This document shows positions 29,596 through 39,487 of a stretch of 64,000 nucleotides of DNA, piece by piece. Origin of the DNA: Candidatus Hermodarchaeota archaeon (GTDB taxonomy: Archaea; Asgardarchaeota; Hermodarchaeia; Hermodarchaeales; Hermodarchaeaceae); the NCBI GenBank assembly GCA_016839365.1, contig JAEOUH010000044.1, positions 18,567 to 82,566 on the forward strand. The letters are read 5' to 3'. The notes under the pieces are model-generated. The model ran no database searches. It had not been told where the DNA came from and saw nothing but the letters and a program-made list of their open reading frames with translations. Each line of letters begins with the position of its first letter. The stretch's first letter is position 1. A program made the position numbers and the translations under genes.

Positions 29596-30465
29596 ATGCA
29601 AGAGCCAAAGTATTTTCAAGGTAATTTGAAAATATTCTATATCGAGGTGATGTTGGTGCAAGTAGAGAAAGTTATGGCAAGCCCTGTAAAGACTATCGAT
29701 AAAGATCAGACAGTCCCCATTGCATTAGACATCATGGAGAAGCTAGGGATATCTGCAATCCCTGTTACAGAGGAAAATCGCTTAATTGGATTAATCACAG
29801 AACTAGATCTTGTCGATCGATTAGGATCTGCACGCGCAGGCAAATTATCACCTGCAAGCATTCACGTCAGCTCAGTCATGGAGTTTAATCCGCAAATAAT
29901 TGACCCATCAATGGATATGTTTGAGGCTGCAAAGTTACTTCTGAAACGCCAAGAGCGGGCATTACCCGTTGTAAAAGATGGGGAAGTTGTGGGCATTATA
30001 ACCAATAAGCATTTCGTGAACCAGTGCCAAGATATTACCGATATTAGGGTGCAGGACCTGGAATTAGAAAAGCCAATCAGCGTGAGCCCCACAGACCGAG
30101 TAGTTCATGCCCGGCAGTTAATACTAGCTGAAAAAATGCCTGGACTCCCTGTTTTTGATGAAGGGAAGTTTGTTGGGTTGGTTACAAAGAAGCGGCTAGT
30201 GCTCGGATTTGCCGCGTTTCGACGGGAAATTCCCGCCAAGTACCAGAGTACACGATTACGAGAGTTTCTTGTAGCAAACATTCTTACAAGGACTGACTTG
30301 ACAACAACCCCTGAGATGACCGTTGGTGATGCCGCGAAATTACTGCTACATGAACACCAACACCTTTTACCTGTAATGAAAAAAGAGATCATGCAAAACA
30401 TTCTCATTAGACGTAGTCTTGTGAAATTAGTTGCAAGTCACTTCAACCCAAAAAAAGCTGCTTGA
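29596..30465 (+). CDS. CBS-domain protein (tandem CBS pairs)
   Basis: 289 aa with four CBS-like repeats, for example VMASPVKTIDKDQTV...ISAIPV. Confidence 0.7.
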   Translation: MQEPKYFQGNLKIFYIEVMLVQVEKVMASPVKTIDKDQTVPIALDIMEKLGISAIPVTEENRLIGLITELDLVDRLGSARAGKLSPASIHVSSVMEFNPQIIDPSMDMFEAAKLLLKRQERALPVVKDGEVVGIITNKHFVNQCQDITDIRVQDLELEKPISVSPTDRVVHARQLILAEKMPGLPVFDEGKFVGLVTKKRLVLGFAAFRREIPAKYQSTRLREFLVANILTRTDLTTTPEMTVGDAAKLLLHEHQHLLPVMKKEIMQNILIRRSLVKLVASHFNPKKAA

Positions 30466-30471
30466 AAGTAT

Positions 30472-31137
30472 TTGGGAGACAGAGCGATGGCTAGACTCCT
30501 GACACTTGAAGATGGAATTGTACTCACTAGGTTTGCTCGACAAACCATTGAACATTTTATCCTCTTTAATCAAAAGGCAACCTTCCCCGAATCCCCCTCA
30601 GAGGCGTTAACGGAGCATCGCGGTGTTTTCGTTACGCTGAAAAAACGACATCCGCGAAATGAGCAGAAATGGGAATTGAGAGGCTGTATTGGCCATTTAC
30701 AACCTGGACCAGATAGCCACCATCAATCGATTTCTTTACTTGAGGCTACACGTCAAGCGGCATTGAGTTCTGCATTCGAAGACCCCCGATTTCCTCCTGT
30801 ACGTGCCGATGAAATGGAATCCATCCTTGTAGAGACCAGCGTTCTAACATTACCCCAAGAAATCTTGACAATTGATAGGGGCAAGCTGTCTGATCAAATC
30901 ACGATTGGTACTGATGGTCTAATTGTTCAGGGAAGAGGCTGGCACCGAGGCCTTCTACTTCCACAAGTTGCCCCCGAACAAGGTTGGAATGCTGAAGAAT
31001 TCTTACAGGGTTGTTGCCAAAAAGCGGGACTTCCCCCCAGTTGCTATCTGGATCCTGGAGTAAAGATTCTGAAATTTCAGGCTCAAATTTTTGCAGAATC
31101 AGTTCCGAACGGAGAAATAAGAGCACGGAAGTTTTAA
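30472..31137 (+). CDS. AMMECR1-domain protein
   Basis: 221 aa. The signature RGCIGHLQP is present, together with the LPQV region. Confidence 0.8.
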   Translation: MGDRAMARLLTLEDGIVLTRFARQTIEHFILFNQKATFPESPSEALTEHRGVFVTLKKRHPRNEQKWELRGCIGHLQPGPDSHHQSISLLEATRQAALSSAFEDPRFPPVRADEMESILVETSVLTLPQEILTIDRGKLSDQITIGTDGLIVQGRGWHRGLLLPQVAPEQGWNAEEFLQGCCQKAGLPPSCYLDPGVKILKFQAQIFAESVPNGEIRARKF

Positions 31138-31138
31138 A

Positions 31139-31594
31139 CTACCCTGTCTCAAATTGGAGCGGTGGCGTATTATTTACTTCTTCTAGTACCATTAAAGTAT
31201 CAATACTTGTGATTCCAGGAATCTTTGATAGCGATTTATGAAGAAAAGTTGTGAAATCTGAAATACCACCTGCAAGAAAGCGGACAACCAAATCGATATT
31301 TCCAGCGGTCTTGGTTATCGAAAGGATTTGAGGGATTTTGTGGAGTTGCTTTGTAACCGCTTCAGCTTTACCATGCTCTGTGCGAATTAATAATATGGAT
31401 TGAATTGGCCACCCAATTTTTGCCCAATCGAGTTCTGCACCCAGCTTTCTTATTATTCCTCGAGAGACAAGACTGTTGATTCGATTTCGCGCTGCAGTTG
31501 CGCTTAACCCAACACTCCGTCCTAACTCAGAGAATGAGATTCTCGAATTGGTTTGGAGGACTTGGAGAATCTGCAAATCAACTTCATCTAACAT
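31139..31594 (-). CDS. Lrp/AsnC-family transcriptional regulator
   Basis: 151 aa. DLQILQVLQTNSRISFSELGRSVGLSATAARNRINSL. Confidence 0.75.
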   Translation of the reverse strand: MLDEVDLQILQVLQTNSRISFSELGRSVGLSATAARNRINSLVSRGIIRKLGAELDWAKIGWPIQSILLIRTEHGKAEAVTKQLHKIPQILSITKTAGNIDLVVRFLAGGISDFTTFLHKSLSKIPGITSIDTLMVLEEVNNTPPLQFETG

Positions 31595-31663
31595 CTGTAG
31601 AGCTCCCTCGAAATAGGGCTTAGACTTTATGACTTAAAAGCATAGTCGCCAAGAAACCATTCG

Positions 31664-33088
31664 ATGTCCATTCCTAATACTATATGGCTTAAGTGTCTGA
31701 AAGAAATTCGCCCAACCGAGTCTGATATTCAAGAATCATCCTTTGTTTTTGAAAAGGTACGCAAGGCTATTGAATTAGAAGCAGAAGATCGGAAAATCAC
31801 TGTTGCGTTTATTAATTTAGAAGGCTCGTCTGGTCGAAAACAGACACAGCTTCGTGGTTGGAAAGAGCTGGACATATTCGTCGGATTACCCGTGTCAATC
31901 TTATCGCACTCACTTGAAGACAAGAAAACTAGAAAACCCGTGATTCGTCGTTTGCTTAAAAAAATGGTGAAGGATATAGCTGTTAATGCTGCAAGAAGTG
32001 CGGGATCCAAAGAAGTCGAAATTGCTTATGCGGAGCATCCCTATGTGATAGCTCAAATTGATAATTATAAGGTTGATATCGTTTTTTGCTTCGATTTAAC
32101 CAAAGACTATATTATCAACAATGGTCCAATCACCGCCGTCGATCGGACGCCGCACCATTCCAATTTTGTGGATAAGCACCTTACCGTAGCCCAACGTGAT
32201 GATGTCCGTCTTCTCAAAGCCTTCTTTCACACAGCATATGTCTACGGGGATTCGAGTCCAGTTGGTCGGAGTGGATTTACGGGATTTAGTACTGAGATGC
32301 TAATCTTTCACACAAAAGCACTAGAACCAGCATTGGAATATTTGTCTCAATCAACACCACAACCACGCGATTTCTTCAATCGTGATGCCGATTCCTTGAA
32401 ACGAAAATTCCCTAACGATTTTTTCATCATCTCAGACCCAGTGGATCCGAACCGCAACATTGCCTCTAGTATTTCACAACGTGCCTACCGTTACACTAGC
32501 CACAAGTCACGCCAACTGTTACAGGACCCCTCTGAAGTATTCTTTGACAGGAGACCCATTCCCCAATTATCTGCGACGGAACTTGACTTGTTGGGCCCAA
32601 ACTACTTTGTCATCGAGTTCCATGATCAAACTGGGTGGCATTACACCAAAACCCGTGATAAACTCTATCGTTATTTCTCAAAGCTTGCACGTTTCCTCAA
32701 ACAGGAACCAACAGGAGAATCACGATTCGGATTCGTAGCCTTTGAAGAGCTTTTTCAAGGTGATATTTTCGCAGTTGCGCTTTACGTAGAAAGGGCGAAA
32801 GTGAGTCAATCGTATAGAAGAGCAGGACCTCAACAGAGCCATGTTGAAGGCGTTCACCAGTTCATAGAGAAACATCCTGAAGCCTTTTTGAAAAATGGTC
32901 GATATTATACTAAGATCCGAAGAACGTTCACATCGGCAGAAGCGACGCTTCGTTACTATTTATCAGAAAATCAACTCTCTTCGAAATTGCCAGTTATTGA
33001 AGTGTCTAGAACTGGCTCAACACAGATAGGAGCACAGGCATTATGGATTCTAACGAAAGCAGTATTGCCATTTATGACATTAACTTAA
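31664..33088 (+). CDS. cca: Archaeal class I CCA-adding enzyme (tRNA nucleotidyltransferase)
   Basis: 474 aa. NTase motif GSSGRKQTQLRGWKELDIFVGLP. Further matches: AEHPYV, AVDRTPHH and VRLLKAFF. Confidence 0.8.
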   Translation: MSIPNTIWLKCLKEIRPTESDIQESSFVFEKVRKAIELEAEDRKITVAFINLEGSSGRKQTQLRGWKELDIFVGLPVSILSHSLEDKKTRKPVIRRLLKKMVKDIAVNAARSAGSKEVEIAYAEHPYVIAQIDNYKVDIVFCFDLTKDYIINNGPITAVDRTPHHSNFVDKHLTVAQRDDVRLLKAFFHTAYVYGDSSPVGRSGFTGFSTEMLIFHTKALEPALEYLSQSTPQPRDFFNRDADSLKRKFPNDFFIISDPVDPNRNIASSISQRAYRYTSHKSRQLLQDPSEVFFDRRPIPQLSATELDLLGPNYFVIEFHDQTGWHYTKTRDKLYRYFSKLARFLKQEPTGESRFGFVAFEELFQGDIFAVALYVERAKVSQSYRRAGPQQSHVEGVHQFIEKHPEAFLKNGRYYTKIRRTFTSAEATLRYYLSENQLSSKLPVIEVSRTGSTQIGAQALWILTKAVLPFMTLT

Positions 33089-33106
33089 AACGAAAATTTT
33101 ATGGAA

Positions 33107-33553
33107 TTATAACTTGTTTTTCGCCTCATAGACGCGAATAGAATATCCAGTCTCTCTTTGAAGGGGAGCTTCGAAGAAGGCGATAATATCATCTGCATTC
33201 TTCTTAACGAGTTCTTCATTATCAAGCGCTACAAGCCGAATCGCCCCGTAGGAATACTCAAAAAGGCCTGTAACTGTGGGCATTTTGTTTTCTGCTTTGA
33301 CTAGTTCAACAACGACGTAGCTTGAAGGAAGTCTGTTTATTCCTTCAGGTGATTTTACCTGAAAGTCAACTTTGTGAGTTTGTGAAATCCCTTTCAGTTC
33401 ATTGATATATCTTGGACGAATCATATGTGCACCAGTTTTGTCAAGTACATCACTTAGAACACGTTCTTTTGACCTTAGTGTAATTCGCCACTGATCCACT
33501 GGCAGCCACCCACATTTACTATAAATCACAAACTGTAAAATAGTGTATTGCAA
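33107..33553 (-). CDS. Hypothetical protein
   Basis: 148 aa ORF filling the gap between cca and iorA, with no recognisable motif. An internal start at MIRPRY is possible. Confidence 0.3.
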   Translation of the reverse strand: MQYTILQFVIYSKCGWLPVDQWRITLRSKERVLSDVLDKTGAHMIRPRYINELKGISQTHKVDFQVKSPEGINRLPSSYVVVELVKAENKMPTVTGLFEYSYGAIRLVALDNEELVKKNADDIIAFFEAPLQRETGYSIRVYEAKNKL

Positions 33554-33579
33554 TTCCGTTTAAACGGTTCGGCAAGCTG

Positions 33580-35472
33580 GTGAATCAGATGGATATCGCC
33601 GAGGTTCTAACAAAGGGAGCAGCTGGTAAACAGTATTTGCTCTTAGGAAATGAAGCGATTGCACGTGGTGCAATTGAGGCAGGATTGGAACTTGCAGCCA
33701 CTTATCCTGGCACTCCCTCCTCAGAAATAGGTGACAGCCTCTTCCGTGCAGTTAAGCAGGGGAATTACTTCTTCGAGTATTGCACGAATGAAAAGGTCGC
33801 AATGGAAGTGGCTGGTGCTGCAGCAGTGGCGAATGCCAGATCCCTTGTAATCATGAAACACGTTGGACTCAACGTTGCATCTGATGCGTTCATGACGTTA
33901 AACTACATTGGTGTTCGAGCGGGCTTGGTCATTGTGTCTGCAGATGATCCTGGCTGCTGGAGTTCTCAAAACGAGCAGGATAATCGGTTATATGCGATGT
34001 TAGGTGATACCACCATGCTCGAGCCCGCAGATCCACAAGAAGCAAAGGATATGACTGTTGCCGCATTCGATTTATCTGAAGAATTAGAACAGCCTGTGTT
34101 ACTCCGAGTTACTACACGTGTCAGCCATACCCGTTCAGGTGTTGAGCTAGGAGAAATTCGTCCCCCGCGGAATAATCCGAATTTTGAGCGAGATCCATTT
34201 CGATTTGTAACGGTTCCGACTGTCGCTAGAAAGCGACACCCAATTCTGCTTGAAAAGGTGAAACAAGCTACAGAAATCTCAGAAAAAACTCCTTGGAATA
34301 AAATCGTTGGAAAAGGAGAACTAGGTATCATTACTTCTGGTGTGAGTTTCAATTATGTAATGGAAGCCCTCGAAACGTTACAGTTGAAAGCGGCAGTCTT
34401 CAAGATCGGAATGTCTTATCCTTTGCCAAAGAAAAAAATCCAGAAGTTCATGGCTTCAAAAGAAAAGGTCATTGTCGTAGAGGAGCTAAAGCCTTACCTT
34501 GAAAATCATGCACGTGCTTTCGCACAGGAAAAAGAGATCATGGTTCCAATTCTGGGAAAGAGCCAGGGATATTTCTCTGAAATTGGTGAATTCACCCCTA
34601 GAACCGTCATTGAAGGCGTTGCTAAGGCCTTAGGAAAGGCAATACCACCGGAATACGTAGATGTTGATAACAAAATTTCTGAAACTCTTGCCACAGCTCC
34701 TCCCCGGCCTCCTATCCTCTGTGCAGGTTGTCCACATCGTGCAACATTTTATGAAATCGCGACTGCAACTGGACGAAAGGGCATTTACCCAACAGATATT
34801 GGATGTTATACATTGGTAATTCAGCCTCCTCTCGAAATGGCTGATTTGCTTCTTTGTATGGGATCAAGTATCGGAACTTCTTGCGGACTTACAGCTGTTT
34901 TGGATAAACCCATTGTGGGAGCTATTGGTGATTCCACGTTTTTCCATTCTGGAATTCCCGGTCTTGTTAATGCGGTATACAACCAACATCCAGTGAAAAT
35001 TATTGTGGTGGATAATCACACAACCGCAATGACCGGCCACCAGCCACATCCAGGAACGGGAATGACTGGTATGGGTGTTCCAGGCAAACAAATCAGTATT
35101 GAGGCCGTGGCACGGGGTGTGGGAGTTGACTACGTTAAGGTAATCGATCCTCTACAAGTCAAGGAATCGATTCGTGCAATGCGCGAAGCTTTGGCATATG
35201 ATGGCCCTGCAGTGGTTATCTCACGAAGCCCATGTGCACTTTTAGAGAGTGCCCGGAAGCGCAGTGCTAATGAACCAATAATCCCCTATGAGGTTGATCC
35301 AGAGAAATGTCAGGGTTGCCGGGTGTGTACAGATAAATTAGGCTGTGCCGCAGCTATTTGGACAGGAGAACACGCAGCAATTGAAGCAGACTTATGTTCA
35401 GGATGCGGCGTGTGTGCGCAGATTTGCCCATACAAAGCAATTCATGAGGGAGAGGCGAATGAAAGAGTATAA
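33580..35472 (+). CDS. iorA: Indolepyruvate:ferredoxin oxidoreductase alpha subunit
   Basis: 630 aa. A TPP-binding region is followed by a C-terminal two-[4Fe-4S] ferredoxin module, CQGCRVCTDKLGCAAA...CSGCGVCAQICP. Confidence 0.85.
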   Translation: MNQMDIAEVLTKGAAGKQYLLLGNEAIARGAIEAGLELAATYPGTPSSEIGDSLFRAVKQGNYFFEYCTNEKVAMEVAGAAAVANARSLVIMKHVGLNVASDAFMTLNYIGVRAGLVIVSADDPGCWSSQNEQDNRLYAMLGDTTMLEPADPQEAKDMTVAAFDLSEELEQPVLLRVTTRVSHTRSGVELGEIRPPRNNPNFERDPFRFVTVPTVARKRHPILLEKVKQATEISEKTPWNKIVGKGELGIITSGVSFNYVMEALETLQLKAAVFKIGMSYPLPKKKIQKFMASKEKVIVVEELKPYLENHARAFAQEKEIMVPILGKSQGYFSEIGEFTPRTVIEGVAKALGKAIPPEYVDVDNKISETLATAPPRPPILCAGCPHRATFYEIATATGRKGIYPTDIGCYTLVIQPPLEMADLLLCMGSSIGTSCGLTAVLDKPIVGAIGDSTFFHSGIPGLVNAVYNQHPVKIIVVDNHTTAMTGHQPHPGTGMTGMGVPGKQISIEAVARGVGVDYVKVIDPLQVKESIRAMREALAYDGPAVVISRSPCALLESARKRSANEPIIPYEVDPEKCQGCRVCTDKLGCAAAIWTGEHAAIEADLCSGCGVCAQICPYKAIHEGEANERV

Positions 35473-36073
35473 CATCATGTTTACGGGAGTTGGGGGGACG
35501 GGTGTTCTAACCGCGGCTCGAATCCTAGCATCAGCGGCACTCGCTGAAGGAGAAAACGTTCGAATGGGCGAGATTCACGGTATGGCTCAGAGAGGCGGTG
35601 CAGTGAACTGTACTATTCGAATTGGGAAAAGTGTTCATGGTCCAATTATACCGACAGGCAAGGCAAATTTGCTCTTGAGTGTTGAGCCTGTTGAAGCCTT
35701 AAGGAATGTCGATCGAATAATGCCTTCTGGTACTATTATTGTGGGTGAATACCGAATTACGCCAACGGGAGTTTTACTTGGCCGAGATAAATACCCTAGT
35801 GACGAAGCGATATTACAGGACCTAGCCAAGTTTGCGAAAGTCATTACTTTTGATGCGGCTAAGCTGGCTCAGGAGGCAGGAGGTATTCTGACTATGAATA
35901 CAGTCTTAATTGGAGCTATCATCGGTTTGAACCTAATTCCCATTAAAGAGGAAACTGTGATTGCGGCTATAAAGGAAATCCTTCCTGAAAGGTATCAAGC
36001 AATGAACATTTCTGCCTTTGAAAAGGGAAAAAAAATTCAAAAAAGGCGATTACAATCTAGCGGTTTAGGGTAA
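35459..36073 (+). CDS. iorB: Indolepyruvate:ferredoxin oxidoreductase beta subunit. The start is moved to the internal ATG; it overlaps the iorA stop by 14 nt.
   Basis: MKEYNIMFTGVGGTGVLTAARILA is the typical IorB N-terminus. The longer ORF from 35345 lies inside the iorA coding region. Confidence 0.8.
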   Translation: MKEYNIMFTGVGGTGVLTAARILASAALAEGENVRMGEIHGMAQRGGAVNCTIRIGKSVHGPIIPTGKANLLLSVEPVEALRNVDRIMPSGTIIVGEYRITPTGVLLGRDKYPSDEAILQDLAKFAKVITFDAAKLAQEAGGILTMNTVLIGAIIGLNLIPIKEETVIAAIKEILPERYQAMNISAFEKGKKIQKRRLQSSGLG

Positions 36074-37004
36074 TGGACGCATAACCAACAATTGCTTCTG
36101 AGCTACCGCTAATATCATAACTTGTCGCATATTTCAGGCACGTTCCATGTTTAGCACCTAACTCTTTTGCCGTCGCGATAGTGGTGGCAACCGCGCTTGC
36201 TCCACACATCGTTCGATTCTTTTGTACCACTGTGTCTAGAAGGGCTTTGCCATCCAGTTGCTCAATTTTGTTAATAAGGTCACCATCCGTTTCATGAACC
36301 CATTTAACGATTTTGTCAACCGGACCACTTCCGACAGGAGCATAATCGTAGTAGTATTTACCATAATGTGTGAAATCAGTGCTGGCGATAACAAATACAT
36401 CACGTTTACTCTTTTTAACGGCATCAGCGATTGTGCGGCCCACTTTTTCACAAATGGAATACTTCGAAGATGAAATCACAACTGGAACAATTTTAAAATC
36501 AGAGTCTTTACCTAAGAATTGGAGAAAGGGTAACTGTACCTCAATTGAATGCTCACCCAAATGGGCTTCCGTACTATCCATTACACAGTTAATCGAAGAA
36601 GCTTGATCTTGGTTTAATACGGTCTTGGCAAGAGAAGAATCTATTTTACAGCGTCCGAGTGGAGTTTCCCATTCGCCTTCTGACATCAAAGCAGCCCCGG
36701 GAAATCGTAGAGGTCTATGTTTTGTACCGATAATTATGAATGTCGCTGGAAACCCCTCCTCGGCAGTTGCTTTGTAAAGGTGGGAAGCGATAGGTCCCGA
36801 GTAAATGTAACCTGCGTGTGGAGCAACTCCTGCAACTAATCTATTCACACGTTTAGGATTAATTGGAGGTATTTGGCCAGCGCCATGAGTGTCCGCAAAT
36901 GCCGCACGAATTGATTTTTCAAGGTCCTTTTTTTCTGGAGGATAGAACCCGAATGCGGCTGGCTGTCGAATTTTTCCCATGATGTCACCTATAGAACAAT
37001 TCAC
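36057..37004 (-). CDS. MEMO1-family protein (AmmeMemoRadiSam system protein B)
   Basis: 315 aa. The HAGYIYSG and HSIEVQLPFLQ motifs mark the Memo/UPF0103 family. Confidence 0.8.
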   Translation of the reverse strand: MNCSIGDIMGKIRQPAAFGFYPPEKKDLEKSIRAAFADTHGAGQIPPINPKRVNRLVAGVAPHAGYIYSGPIASHLYKATAEEGFPATFIIIGTKHRPLRFPGAALMSEGEWETPLGRCKIDSSLAKTVLNQDQASSINCVMDSTEAHLGEHSIEVQLPFLQFLGKDSDFKIVPVVISSSKYSICEKVGRTIADAVKKSKRDVFVIASTDFTHYGKYYYDYAPVGSGPVDKIVKWVHETDGDLINKIEQLDGKALLDTVVQKNRTMCGASAVATTIATAKELGAKHGTCLKYATSYDISGSSEAIVGYASITLNR

Positions 37005-37007
37005 TCA

Positions 37008-37823
37008 GTGACCAAAAAGGTTTTTTCGAATGTTATGAGGTGTCGATGTGTGGTAGAAATGGGTGAACGTATGGACGAAGGAACAACACGAGCACTGCGA
37101 AGTTTGGGGCTAAGCAGTTATGAGGCTCGTGTTTACATCTCATTGGTCAGAAATGGAGCACTCACCGCTAGTGAAGTCAGTTCACAATCTCGAATACCAT
37201 TTAGTCGAGTCTATGATGTCTTAGCAGCCCTTGAGCGAGGGGGGTGGATTACTGTGGAACAGGGACGCCCTAAGCATTATGTTCCCAAAAGTCCTCGTGA
37301 AACGGCGAAAGCCGCTTTTCTCTCAGCTCAAGACCGTTTAGCGGAATGGGAACAACAGGTCATCGAGAACCTGCAGCCATTATTTGACGAAAAAACAAAA
37401 ATCTCTGCTCCAGAGGTTCACATTCTCCATGGTTCGAATAACGTTCGGGCAAAGTTGAATGTTGCACTCGGACAAGCAGAACGAAGCGTGCTTCTTTCGT
37501 GGGGGATTATTAGTGAAGAAGATATCGAGTTCATTAGCCCCACATTACTCCACCTTCGTGATCGGGGAGTGAAAATACAGATTCTGGTATCTGAACAAAC
37601 CCTAACCGAGAGAGTACAACGGCTCATATCAGCAGTAGGCGAAGGTCGGAAGCGAAAGGAAATCTATGGTGGTGGAGCCATTATTGATGAAAAACAAGCA
37701 ATAATTATGCTGACGACAAAGCCTACTGAGTCTCTGGCAATTTGGACAAGCCATACCGAGCTGGGAGAGCTGGCGAAAATCTACTTTTTATATCTTTATC
37801 AATCGGCTGAACCACTGACCTAA
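37008..37823 (+). CDS. TrmB-family transcriptional regulator
   Basis: 271 aa. N-terminal wHTH LSSYEARVYISLVRNGALTASEVS...RVYDVLAALERGGWI, plus a TrmB-like C-domain. Confidence 0.7.
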   Translation: MTKKVFSNVMRCRCVVEMGERMDEGTTRALRSLGLSSYEARVYISLVRNGALTASEVSSQSRIPFSRVYDVLAALERGGWITVEQGRPKHYVPKSPRETAKAAFLSAQDRLAEWEQQVIENLQPLFDEKTKISAPEVHILHGSNNVRAKLNVALGQAERSVLLSWGIISEEDIEFISPTLLHLRDRGVKIQILVSEQTLTERVQRLISAVGEGRKRKEIYGGGAIIDEKQAIIMLTTKPTESLAIWTSHTELGELAKIYFLYLYQSAEPLT

Positions 37824-37830
37824 AAACAAG

Positions 37831-38145
37831 TCATTTCGTTTCTTGTGTCTCACGTTGAAGTTTATCAAGAAGTATGATTGCCACACCCAAAGGGACACGA
37901 AGTTGAATTGCTAGTTCCTCTTCGGTTATCGTGGGACGTTTAGGGAAAATTTTGGTTCGAGTGTAATCGAGAAGATGTGGATAAAGGACCATGGATTTTA
38001 CTGTCTCCTCCAGAATAGCCCGCCAATCTCGGGCACCAGAAAGGGTGGGTTCCAAAATTTCTGTTTTACTCTCTTCTTTGGCTTCTGAATCTTTCTTCTT
38101 AGCAGGTTTTTCTTTTTTGAGATACGGATCTAAACCAAAACTCAT
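37831..38145 (-). CDS. Small lysine-rich protein with a C-terminal winged-helix-like segment (possibly ribosomal eS25-like)
   Basis: 104 aa. The N-terminus is KKEKPAKKKDSEAKEESK. ITEEELAIQLRVPLGVAIILLDKL looks like a winged helix. Confidence 0.3.
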   Translation of the reverse strand: MSFGLDPYLKKEKPAKKKDSEAKEESKTEILEPTLSGARDWRAILEETVKSMVLYPHLLDYTRTKIFPKRPTITEEELAIQLRVPLGVAIILLDKLQRETQETK

Positions 38146-38212
38146 CTCGTCTTTCCCATTTGAAGACTTTAAACACGAAAGGCTAATTAGGCTTGTGGCG
38201 GTGGTGGTGTTG

Positions 38213-38950
38213 ATGGCCCGAGAAGGATTTTACATAATTCGATGTCCGAGATGTGGGCGTTACACCTATGCTTCCACGCATCAAAAAACACGATTGTGTG
38301 TATACTGTCAAAAAATCTTCAAAATTAATCCATTAGATGCTGTCTTTGTGGATGATGCAAAGACCGCCCGTGCAAGAGTTAAATTCTATCAGACTGGAAA
38401 ACACTACAAAGATTACATGGATGCAGTGGAGAAATCGCGTGACAAGATCAAATCACTTATTCCGGATACGAATCTGAATTTAGAACAGCTTCAGGATTCC
38501 AAACAGATAACTCAACCCGTATCCATGCGACGCCGAGAATTAGAACGCATTCTATATCAACGTGCCCGAAAAGAACCCCTTGATCTCGAGATATTAGAAC
38601 AAGAGTGTCTTAGGGCCGGGGTTTCTTGGGAATGGGTTGTTCAACAGATAGAATCCCTTATTCGTTCAGGACATCTGATTTCACCCAAGCCCTGGTTAAT
38701 TCAGCTAGTGACAGAGAAGATAGCATTGGCTGATAAGCAGTTAACAGAAATCAGTTCGACAAAACTAGCCCAACTACTCGGAACCGTTCTTCGCGATTCG
38801 CCGGTTCCGCTAAGTCAAGATGAGTTGGCTACACAACTTGAGAAGAAAGGTGTTTCGAGTGCAGGGATTGAAGAAGCCTTGAATCTCCTACGTAATCAAG
38901 GGTACGTTCTTAAGACCTCAACAGGAACCTATCGGTGGACAGGGGATTAG
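38213..38950 (+). CDS. Zinc-ribbon plus tandem winged-helix protein of unknown function. The start is moved to ATG 38213; the ORF from 37991 overlaps the antisense gene.
   Basis: N-terminal CPRCG...CVYC zinc ribbon, followed by two wH-like segments. Confidence 0.4.
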   Translation: MAREGFYIIRCPRCGRYTYASTHQKTRLCVYCQKIFKINPLDAVFVDDAKTARARVKFYQTGKHYKDYMDAVEKSRDKIKSLIPDTNLNLEQLQDSKQITQPVSMRRRELERILYQRARKEPLDLEILEQECLRAGVSWEWVVQQIESLIRSGHLISPKPWLIQLVTEKIALADKQLTEISSTKLAQLLGTVLRDSPVPLSQDELATQLEKKGVSSAGIEEALNLLRNQGYVLKTSTGTYRWTGD

Positions 38951-39008
38951 TTTTTCACCAGGATTGGCAAGTTAAAAATAAGCAATCTAGCTAACATGGA
39001 ACAGAGAT

Positions 39009-39386
39009 ATGCCTGCCGTCTATTATCTTGCAAAACAGTTGTATCGCCAACACTCAGGAGAAGTGATAGATTATGTGCTAATTTTATGGCTTTATTCTAA
39101 CCCCCATGAAACTAGACGTCGTTCACTAGCATCGTTGCGTCATGTTCTGAAACATACTCCGGAATTTCAACGCCATAACGGGAAACCAAATGTCACCGAT
39201 GATGAATTAAACAAAATAATCTTCGCATCCCTTCAACGACTAAAGAAACGAGAATATGTAACGGTGTTTTTAAAGACTGAAGCGAGAGCACAAATTTCAC
39301 TGACGGAGAGAGGTGTTGCCTTCGTTAAGTCCCATTTGACTGCAGAAGAGATGCAGTATCTTGAAGAATCAGGTCATGTTACTTAG
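39009..39386 (+). CDS. Hypothetical winged-helix-like protein
   Basis: 125 aa. REYVTVFLKTEARAQISLTERGVAFV has a wing-like beta hairpin. Confidence 0.35.
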   Translation: MPAVYYLAKQLYRQHSGEVIDYVLILWLYSNPHETRRRSLASLRHVLKHTPEFQRHNGKPNVTDDELNKIIFASLQRLKKREYVTVFLKTEARAQISLTERGVAFVKSHLTAEEMQYLEESGHVT

Positions 39387-39487
39387 TGAATGTGGGAATT
39401 TCAGGTCTAGCCAGGAGACCGCTCAAAATATATGTAGGATGATATCTCATTAATGAGGTAGTAAGTTTCCTGAGGAGTCCACCAGAT

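Noticed and set aside
35345-35458. Upstream extension of the iorB ORF
   Set aside because: It lies entirely within the 3' end of iorA in another frame. The conserved IorB N-terminus starts at the internal ATG.
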